From NCBI GenBank assembly GCA_963663405.2, contig CAXXSM010000064.1, positions 1-19,212 of the forward strand: a stretch of 19,212 bases of DNA. The letters run 5' to 3'. Shown here one piece after another: positions 11,649-19,188 of this stretch. Below the pieces are notes generated by a model. That model was not told the DNA's origin. It worked only from the letters and a program-made list of their open reading frames with translations, and did no database searches. This stretch comes from a bacterium (GTDB lineage: Bacteria > Hinthialibacterota > Hinthialibacteria > Hinthialibacterales > Hinthialibacteraceae). The position numbers and the translations under genes were made by a program. The first letter of the stretch is position 1. Every line of letters starts with the position of its first letter.

Positions 11649-12084
11649 ATTTTTTCCAAGAATAATCGACTCCATTGTGAGTTGTCAATAGATGCTGAGC
11701 ATTATTTAATTGAAAGTCATGGTATTTAGTTTTTCAGTTACCATCCGATGATTGTACTACCAAGTCAAACGGAGATTGGCTCTGCTGGAGAACCCCCAAT
11801 CAAGGGATAACTTGGCGCAAGTGCGACGGATTGTCGTCAAGGGGACGATGAATGAGACTCGTCCCCTTCATCTTTTTGGCCAACGACAATCTTGAGCATT
11901 TGCCTATGCCTTAAAAAACTCTGGGGGTTTGGGGGCAAAAGCCCCCAATTTGGAGTAAACGGGTCGCTTGTGCCCGCTCGACTGAAATTCCAAGGACGCT
12001 CCATTTTTTATTCCCCTTCAAAAGATCATCTTCTGAGAGCCCAATTTTTTCGAATTCATTGGCCAACGACAGCCGGGGAACTCC

Positions 12085-12870
12085 TTAAGATTGAGAAGAC
12101 TCTTTTTTAGGGCGCTGTTTCAGCCGTTTTTTGGATTCCTTGAGCCGGTAACTTTCTCCATTGGCTTCCAGGATGTGCACTCGATGAGTCAATCGATCCA
12201 GGAGGGCCCCAGTTAAGCGCTCACTTCCCATCACTTCCGTCCATTCCTCGAAAGGTAAATTTGTCGTCACGATGAGACTGGTCCGTTCATAAGCCTGGCT
12301 GACCACATCAAAAAGAAGTTCCGCTCCCGCTTTGGAGAACGGAACATAGCCAAGTTCATCAATTAAAATGAGATGATGACGAGTCAGTTGGTTTTGGAAT
12401 TTTTCTAACGAGCGTTCTTCTCGTTTTTCGAGCAAGTGGGTGACTAAGGCGGTTGCCGTGTAAAAACGGACTTTGTAGCCTTGCGCGCAAGCGGCGAATC
12501 CCAAGGCACAAGAAATGTGAGTTTTCCCAGTCCCCGGATTCCCGATTAGGAGCAAATTCTCCCGTTTTTCGATATATTCCCCTTGGAGCAATTCACGGAC
12601 TAAGGGTTCATTAATCGACGGCTGAGCGGTGAAATCAAAGGTATCGATTGTTTTGACCACGGGGAATTTGGCTGCTTTCACTCGCCGATCCGCCGCCCTC
12701 TGATCCCGTTCGATCGATTCCAATTCAACCAGCCGAAGGAGATACGTGGTAAAATCAGAGCGGTCGGCGCGGCACTTAGCCGCCATGCTTTTATACTCGC
12801 GCAAGATCGTCGGCAGTTTTAATTTTTTTAAATAGTATTCCAGTAATACGTTCGATTGGGAGGAACTCAT
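12085..12870 (-). CDS. istB: IS21 helper AAA+ ATPase IstB
   Basis: LKKLKLP N-terminus, Walker A GNPGTGKT, Walker B LILIDELG, TTNLPF.EW, ALLDRLTHR and GESYR. Confidence 0.96.
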   Translation of the reverse strand: MSSSQSNVLLEYYLKKLKLPTILREYKSMAAKCRADRSDFTTYLLRLVELESIERDQRAADRRVKAAKFPVVKTIDTFDFTAQPSINEPLVRELLQGEYIEKRENLLLIGNPGTGKTHISCALGFAACAQGYKVRFYTATALVTHLLEKREERSLEKFQNQLTRHHLILIDELGYVPFSKAGAELLFDVVSQAYERTSLIVTTNLPFEEWTEVMGSERLTGALLDRLTHRVHILEANGESYRLKESKKRLKQRPKKESSQS

Positions 12871-14376
12871 AGCGCCCCTCCTTTCAGCATCCCCTGATAA
12901 GCGGACAAGTCAGGCGAATCGACTCGGACATACCGTAAATGGTCCCGGCCATCCAGACGGAATTTCTCCAGTCCTTCCCCTTCAGCCCCGTAGAGGTATT
13001 GCGCCACCACATCCCGCGTACAACCGCCCACGCGCAGCGTTTTTTTCCACGGCCCGGCTCAGTTCGGGTAATGAACGGGTTCGCAAGAGCTGAAGCACTC
13101 GAATGTATTCCCGAACGCCTTCTCCTCCTTCGAACTCATTTTCCAGCCGGCGGCGTAAAACCGAAAAACACGGGGGGAGGCGCCACTCGGTAAAAGGTTT
13201 CCCGTGATCCAGAGCGCCGGGTCTGGACGTGAGAAGAGGCAAGTAGTGCTCCGGTTTCAACGCCACTTGTTCCTTCTCCCAAATCCGCTTATGCTCCGCG
13301 ATCACTTTCTCTTGATAACAAAATACGACTCGATCGATATAGCCTTTGGCCACCAGGAGATGATGGGCGTACTCTATCGGGACCGAATAATCGTTACAGT
13401 CAAACCGGCCCAGAGACAAGGAACTGGCATGGACCTCGTCTTTCCGGCAGGCGTCAAATGGGGAAGGAGGAAGGGGCAAGAACGCCGATTGATCGGCCTT
13501 CAGCAACTCTTCTTTCGTTCCGGACCGGCCTCGTAACTTACGCTTCAAATTCTCCCGGCAATTCGCCTCCAATTTCTCATTCAATTCCTCCAACGTTTGC
13601 ACTTGAGGGACCGGGACCATGAAATTCAACCGCGCATATTTCACCGTTCCTTCCACTACCCCTTTTTCGTTGGGACGGCGGACGCAGCAAAAATGCTCTT
13701 CGAACAAATAATGACTTTGCAATTGCAGAAATCCATACGTTAATTTTCGTTTATGCGCTCCGATGATCTTGGACACCGCGACCCGGCTGTTGTCATAGGC
13801 GATTCGTCTCGGAACCGCGCCCCAAAAATGAAACGCTCTCACATGCCCTTCCCAGAACGTTTCCGTGCATTCCCGCTCACTGGTCATCACAAAGATCGCA
13901 TCGGAGTGAGGCAAGGTCATGACAAAAAAGGCCACTTTCTTTAACTCGCCCGCCAACTTCACCAACGCAAATCCGAAATCGACCTGCGCTTCACCGGCCG
14001 GATGAGTCAACGGAATGAACACATCCTTGGTATGCTTCTTCCATTCCCGCACCGCCTCTTTCACCTGGGTATAACCACCCTGGTAGCCTTCTTCTTTGAT
14101 CCGTTCAAAAATCCTTTGGGCGGTATGTTTCTGCTTCCGAGGGATCGCGGGATCTTGATCCGATTTCAGGATTTCGTGGATTCGGGACAGATAGGGGCCT
14201 AAGACGGGCTTCGGGCGGGCTTGCTTCATCCGGTAGCCGGGCGGCTCGGGATGGGTTAGAATCTTCTCCAAGGTCTTCCAATGCATCCCTGTCTCTTCCA
14301 AGATCTCGCTCTTCTTCTCCTCCTTGTTTCTTACTCGTATTCGGATATCAGTCCATTCTTTCATCTCGGTATACAT
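12867..14376 (-). CDS. istA: IS21 DDE transposase IstA, ~502 aa after fixing one frameshift at T7 13040-13046
   Basis: AQVDFG, YDN and NEKGVVE catalytic motifs. Removing one base gives ...VEKTLRVGG...PDLSAYQGMLKGGAL*, whose stop overlaps the istB start (ATGA). GGAGG RBS upstream. Confidence 0.94.
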
Positions 14377-14452
14377 CCTTTCTACCTCCGGAAGAAACTC
14401 GTCCGCTGAATTCTGACTTGAACGATTTCTTCCAGGTATCGGCTTTTATATA

Positions 14453-14514
14453 CCGCACTTTTGGACCGCCGTTTTTACGCCGACTTCTCACTCACTTTTC
14501 GACCGCCGTTTACA
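14453..14514. repeat. IS21 left-end (upstream of istA) terminal inverted repeat with a second repeat
   Basis: CACTTTTCGACCGCCG at 14493-14508 and CCGCACTTTTGGACCGCCG at 14453-14471 are reverse complements of the repeats at 11608-11648. Confidence 0.9.
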
Positions 14515-14855
14515 AGAATGTATTCAAAGATATGAAAGATCGAGATATAGGGAGCTGGTGGCCACTGCATCATTGGACCGACTCGAAAATCAAAGTTCAC
14601 GCTCTTTATTGTACAATTGCTATTCTATTACGATCTCTAATGATGTGTAGAATACGAAAAGCGGGTCTTTCTCTTTCAACCAAAAGAATTCATTCTGAAT
14701 TGAACGCGATTCGAGAGGTGATTAATATATATCCCCGTACACGTCGCAAGAAAACGGAACGAAAGCATGTAGTTTTGTCCAAAATCTCAGAATTACAGCA
14801 ACAATTGATTTCCATTCTTTCTCTTGATGAAATGGATTTTCAGGATTTAGGGTAA
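14515..14855 (+). pseudogene. C-terminal fragment of an IS1634-like (IS4 superfamily) transposase
   Basis: NVFKDMKD...WWPLHHWTDSKIKVHALYCTIAILL resembles the region following the catalytic Glu in IS1634-type transposases. The first ~32 aa of ORF 14418..14855 come from the IS21 end. Confidence 0.75.
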
Positions 14856-14927
14856 GATCTTGCCCTTCACATCATCCTGAAGATTCTTAAGATACGAATG
14901 CTTTATTTTATAAGTAGGAAACTCGGG
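14515..14927 (+). mobile_element. IS1634-like element remnant, right end only
   Basis: Transposase fragment followed by a probable terminus ...GGAAACTCGGG (14917-14927) then CTAG, at the point where the minus-strand secreted-protein ORF degenerates. The exact end is inferred. Confidence 0.6.
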
Positions 14928-15151
14928 CTAGGGACCAGATTCGTCCCGGATGTCCCATCGTTGCTCCATAAAATCTCACCGGTGGAAGTCACGATCGCAA
15001 ACTTGAAAAGCCCCGTCCCATCGAACGGCGATCCATCCACCATCACTCGTCCCTGGTACCCGATGATTCCCGGCACCGCTGCGCTCGCAAAAGATGTAAA
15101 AAACACGGAAACTAACAATACTGTGGTGAAACGAATCGTTCTCTCTAACAT
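14928..15151 (-). pseudogene. N-terminal fragment of a secreted/surface protein truncated by IS insertion
   Basis: GGAGG RBS, a signal-peptide-like N-terminus (MLERTIRFTTVLLVSVFFTSFASA-A), then VPGIIGYQGRV.VDG.PF.GTG.FKFAIV...LWSNDGTS, which resembles N-terminal modules of large secreted proteins. The ORF stops a few codons after entering the IS end. Confidence 0.7.
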
Positions 15152-15195
15152 GAACAGCCTCCTTGATTATGGAATGTCAATTTTTATTGAAACAT

Positions 15196-15236
15196 AAAAA
15201 AACCGGGCAGCCTACAAACTCACTCAGGCGGCCCGG
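15196..15236 (-). terminator. Intrinsic terminator forming the riboswitch expression platform
   Basis: Minus strand CCGGGCCGCCT-loop-AGGCTGCCCGG followed by T7. The 5' arm overlaps the 3' strand of the aptamer. Confidence 0.85.
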
Positions 15237-15303
15237 CTGTCTCTTTACAAACAAGACCCGCAGCTTTCCGTCCCTGTCTCACAACAGGTTTGGCTTTATC
15301 TTA
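15224..15303 (-). promoter_or_regulatory. Cyclic di-GMP-I (GEMM-I) riboswitch aptamer
   Basis: Minus strand reads GATAAAGCCAAACCTGTT-GTGA-GACAGGGACGGAAAGCTGCGGGTCT...AGACAGCCGGGCCGCC. This matches the GEMM-I consensus (CAAACC, GNRA-capped P2, GGGACG.AAAG, P3, GCCGGG..GCC). It lies in the 5' leader of the 15151 gene. Confidence 0.9.
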
Positions 15304-15688
15304 TGGAACAAGCAATATCCCCCAACTCCACAATACAGAATCACAGAACAGCAAAATTACCCAGTATAAATCAGTAGGAATTCTATCATAACAATCAATT
15401 CTACGCAATAGATTATACCTTATTTTATACATAATTGCAAAAGATCGTTACAAATCTTTCCGGACTATATTTTGTAATTCTGTTTGATGGAAAAATATCA
15501 ACTTTTTCTTGTTCAATTTTACCAGTTAGCGACTGCGCAAACGTTTCCAACTCTGATTAACCATTGTTTCAATTCCTGGATTTCCCGATCTTTTTCCTTT
15601 CCTTTTCCTCCACTAAAATGGCAGTAAAGTTTGGCCGGGTTAGAGCGTTCAAATCCACGTAAATGGTATGTTCTGTCAAACAGCGGCT

Positions 15689-17295
15689 CTAATCGTCCGA
15701 TCCGTCGTATCGCACGTTCAGCCGTTCCAATTGATTCGACAAGGTTTGGTAATTATTAAACCCCAACAATTTCGCCGCTATGGTTTTCGAGCCGCGCGCT
15801 TCGGCCATCGCTCTCTGTAAGTAAATCCGTTGGATATCATCCAACAACAGGGATAGTTTAAACCCATCGCCCAAGGGTTGATCCAGCAGACTTCCTTGAA
15901 AACTCGGCATCCTCCATGATGGCGGCGGCGAAATCGTTTTCCTTCAACACCGAACCTTCCGCCATCACCATCGCCTGTAAGATCACGTTATACAACTCTC
16001 GTATATTCCCGGGCCAGGGTTGTTCTTTGAGAAATTTTTTGGCTTTGTCAGAATTTTTTTTCTTTTTATACCCCGGTTCATCGGCGGTCGTGAATTGCTG
16101 ATTCATTTCCTCTAAAAAATGTTGGGCCAGCAGGAGAATGTCGTCTCGCCGTTCCCGCAACGGAGGCAGTTTGATCGCGATCACCGCCAACCGGTAATAC
16201 AGATCCTCTCGGAATTCACCGTTCACCACCGCCTGCAATATATCTTTATTGGTCGCGGCGATGATCCGCACATCACTTTGGATCACTTTCTCGCCGCCGA
16301 CGGGAGAGAATTCCCGGCGCCAGGGAGTCTGGAGATCGAGCGGCTGCAAAACGCGCAGCAGTTTCACTTGGAGTTCCGGCGCCAATTCCCCGATTTCATC
16401 TAAAAACAAGGTCCCGGTATGCGCGGTTTTGAAGGCGCCATCCTTATCCTTGTGCGCGCCGGTAAACGCGCCTTTCACGTGTCCGAACAATTCCGATTCG
16501 AGTAAATCCTTGGGGATCGCTCCCACAATTGATGGCGACAAAAGGATTCTCTTTTCGATGACTGGTTTGATGTATCGCCCGGGCGAACAGTTCTTTCCCT
16601 GTGCCGCATTCCCCCAACAGAAGCACGGGCACATCACGCATGGCCGCTCTCTTCGCCCGGCCGGCCGCGTAACGTATGCTCTTGCTATTCCCCACAATAC
16701 GTTGAAATCCTTCTATTTCCTGTGGACTTTTACTGGCCAGACGCTGCCAATACGCGTCCGGCTTCCGCAGCAGTTCCGGGACGAAATCCACCGCGAGATC
16801 AAACGGGATTTCGGTCTCCCAGTACCGGTCTCGATGCGTCTGGTAAAACGTGGCGGGATACTTGCTCTTCCCCAACAGCACCCAGACGGCGGCCATCGCG
16901 GGCGTGCCGGGACTGAGATGGATGCACAACTCCGCATCGGCGTTCGTCCGTTCATTCAGGGACCGTCCCCAATTCCTGGTCAACCACGGTGAAAATCCCC
17001 TTGTAGTCCGTGGGATTGGCAATCTTCACCGGATGCGCGATCGCATTCGATCCAAGCCACCGGCAGAACTGGCCGGTCAATTTGGCGCCGCAGTTGCTCA
17101 ATAAATGGATTGCGTCGAACGAGACCTGATCCACCAAGACCTTGATGGGGCTTTGAATCTCATCCAATGGAGGACCGGGTGGACACGCGTCCAGCACGGC
17201 TTGTTGTTTCTTGGGCGGAAGTGTTTTGGCCAATCCCCCGAAGGTCGTTATGGCCGATCCAGGCGAACAACAGTTTTCCGATGAGTTTTTTCCAT
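15689..17295 (-). CDS. Sigma-54 enhancer-binding protein with RtcR/PspF-like CARF-type N-terminal domain, AAA+ core and Fis-type HTH, ~533 aa after fixing five frameshifts
   Basis: Stitched from pieces with single extra bases at ~17286-17291, 17235-17239, 16959-16961, 16522-16524 and 15911-15912. N-terminus [11 protein letters not shown] ... [17 protein letters not shown] (CARF-like motifs), Walker [50 protein letters not shown], and [13 protein letters not shown]. Confidence 0.88.
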
Positions 17296-17478
17296 GATAG
17301 AACCAGATTTATATTTTTATAAATATTCTTATTCACCGGGCGGGTGTCTGTCTACCCTTCCGACATTTGAAAATTATTGTATTTCTGCACGAAAACATCA
17401 ATATCCCCTTTATTTAAAGGGAATTTCCTACATTCGATCCAGCGGCGCCACCATCACCAGGACGACAGGCAAAGAGAT

Positions 17479-17494
17479 TGGCCTCTAGTTTGCA
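17479..17494 (+). promoter_or_regulatory. Sigma-54 (-24/-12) promoter for the JAB-E2 operon
   Basis: TGGCCTCTAGTTTGCA shows exact GG-N10-GC spacing against the consensus TGGCACG-N4-TTGCW. It lies 50 bp upstream of the 17544 ATG and divergent from a sigma-54 activator gene. Confidence 0.8.
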
Positions 17495-17543
17495 GAAGCA
17501 CACCCCAAGAGGCACAAAACAATTTGTTTGCTGTCTTTAGCCT

Positions 17544-18614
17544 ATGATGGAAAGGATCCGAACCTTGAATCCAGCGCCGGTCAACAATATCAATCATGTT
17601 CTCACCATTTACGAGTCGGAACTGCGAGTGATGGGCGGGTTGGCCTTACGAGGCTATCCGTTCGAATGCGGGGGCAATCTGTTTGGCTTTTACACCCGCG
17701 ATCGCTATCCCGTAGTCTCCCTGCTGACAGGCCCCGGCCCGAACGCCACCTGTGAACGTTTTCCATTTCGCCCAGGATTATGCGTTCTTCCTGCGCGCCA
17801 ACCAGTTCTTCCATGCGGAATTTGGAATCGAGTGGATTGGCGATTGGCATTCGCATCCCCATCCCGGCGCCAATGAGCCCCAGCCGGGGCGATTTGAATC
17901 AGGTTATGACGCTTACCCGCCGGAATCCCAACATCGATCGCTGGCTCGATATTATCGTCAGTTTTGAACGGAACCGCGCCCACAACCGGTTCTTTCCCAC
18001 CAGTGTACGCTCGGAACCCAGCGCCGTATCCATAAACGCGTTCCTGTATCCCGAGCCACAACAGGGACGGGCTTTACGGACGCCTCTCCGGGTCTTACCT
18101 GGAATGAGCCCGTTGCGGTCGGCGCTGGCCTCCAGGAACTCTCTCCAGCTATGCCATCCTGGCTCCTCCGTTCCGCAAGCGCCCATGGAACGGATTCGCT
18201 GCGAATCGATCGCGGACACAACAGAGCGATTTCATCACCGAAGCGTGGAGAATGACATCCTGGCAAATCAAATTCGCGATCTTCCCGAATCGGCGCAACA
18301 GGCGATTGAGATTGGGCGCGCGCTTGGCCTTCTGATCCTGACCATCCCCCATTACAGCCTCTTACATCGCGGTGATTGGTTTGAAGGAAAACGATCCCGC
18401 CTCCATTCTCAAGATCCTTATCAAAGATAACACGACCGATGAAACGCGGGATCTCACCTCCGCGTATGGCGCGAACGGCCGTTCGATCCGGCTAGGGACA
18501 CTCTATGAACGGCTTCACGCCCAAGCGGCGCGCCAACACAACGTGGATACCTGGTCGAAACTGCGGCCGCTAATAACGAGGTTCTGGCGGCCGTGGAGCG
18601 CCGTGCAATCCTAA
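17544..18614 (+). CDS. JAB/JAMM (MPN+) metallopeptidase domain protein with an unassigned C-terminal region, ~355 aa after fixing three frameshifts
   Basis: ORFs 17544..17876, 17752..17967, 17780..18430 and 18372..18614 join by removing one base each at T4 17759-17762, C4 17878-17881 and C5 18346-18350. This gives E-CGGNLFG, TGPGPNA and IGDWHSHPHPGANEPSRGD, the full JAMM signature E...HxH-x7-S-x2-D. Confidence 0.85.
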
Positions 18615-18671
18615 ATCCAATTCCCATTTGGGAAGGTACACCAAATGAACTTTGTAAAGGAGACCTAAACG

Positions 18672-19120
18672 ATGTGGACACAACAACAGAGAACGCGGTT
18701 GGCGATCGAAGAAAAATTACTGCAAAAATACATGCCCGATTTCAAGTTTTACGACCGGACCCAAAACACGTATATCGCCGGGATCGTCAACGGGCCCCAG
18801 GTAACGCAGGACTACACCGTCATGATCCCTCTCCCACTGGATTTTCCCTTCAGCAAACCGAAGGTGTATATCATCCGACCCGAGATTCTTCGGCTTTTTG
18901 GCGGCCAAGCGACCGTCAATTCCCTCTCCACATCCCACGATTTCCACACGTTGGAGAACGGGCCCAACGGCGTCGTCCAAATTTGTTATCTATCCATTGG
19001 GACGCCTCGATCACCTGCGTCAAAGCGATTCTCATGGCCCGGTTATGGCTTGTGGCCTACGAACAGCATCTTCTGACAGGCGAACCGGTCGCGCGGTATC
19101 TTGGCAAGCCGGAATCGTGA
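18672..19120 (+). CDS. Ubiquitin-conjugating enzyme (E2/UBC)-like protein, ~149 aa after fixing one frameshift at ~18994
   Basis: AAAGGAG RBS. N-terminal helix RTRLAIEEKLL (cf. UBC RL.KE), YTVMIPLPLDFPFSKPKVYI (cf. P.dYP..PP.v), H...G.VQIC (candidate active-site Cys), then after restoring one base W-DASIT (cf. W.p..t) and C-terminal helices ...LWLVAYEQHLLTG. Confidence 0.75.
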
Positions 19121-19188
19121 CAACGAAACGAGTGTGAATCCAAGACCATTGTTTACGATGGATCTTTACCCATGCAAAGGAGAACATC

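Larger units (their letters stand above)
11602..14514 (-). mobile_element. IS21-family insertion sequence, 2913 bp
   Basis: TG...CA ends with imperfect 24-bp terminal inverted repeats (TGCTGACGGCGGTCGAAAAGTGAG at 11602 versus reverse-complement TGTAAACGGCGGTCGAAAAGTGAG ending at 14514). Contains the istA-istB pair. No flanking direct repeat. Confidence 0.95.

Noticed and set aside
11602-11659. N-terminus of ORF 10589..11659 as a genuine ISL3 start, and likewise the start of ORF 14418..14855
   Set aside because: Both N-termini are translations of IS21 terminal repeats fortuitously in frame with truncated transposases.
13040-13046. A7 run in istA as a programmed frameshift site
   Set aside because: Repair needs loss of one base, exactly like the many other indels in this window. 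An error is the simpler explanation.
15224-15303. Functional link between the c-di-GMP riboswitch and the Wsp-like operon
   Set aside because: The operon encodes no GGDEF/EAL protein, and the two regions appear juxtaposed by IS-mediated rearrangement.
15400-15688. Possible small minus-strand ORF downstream of the activator
   Set aside because: Under 40 codons, TTG start, no clear RBS or motif. Cannot be supported.
16119-17104. Plus-strand ORFs including 16249..16992 (247 aa)
   Set aside because: Antisense to the conserved AAA+ core of the sigma-54 activator, with no independent motifs.
18593-18993. ORF 18593..19120 as a separate 175-aa gene
   Set aside because: Only its last ~41 codons are real (the E2 C-terminus after the frameshift). 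The true start with RBS is at 18672.
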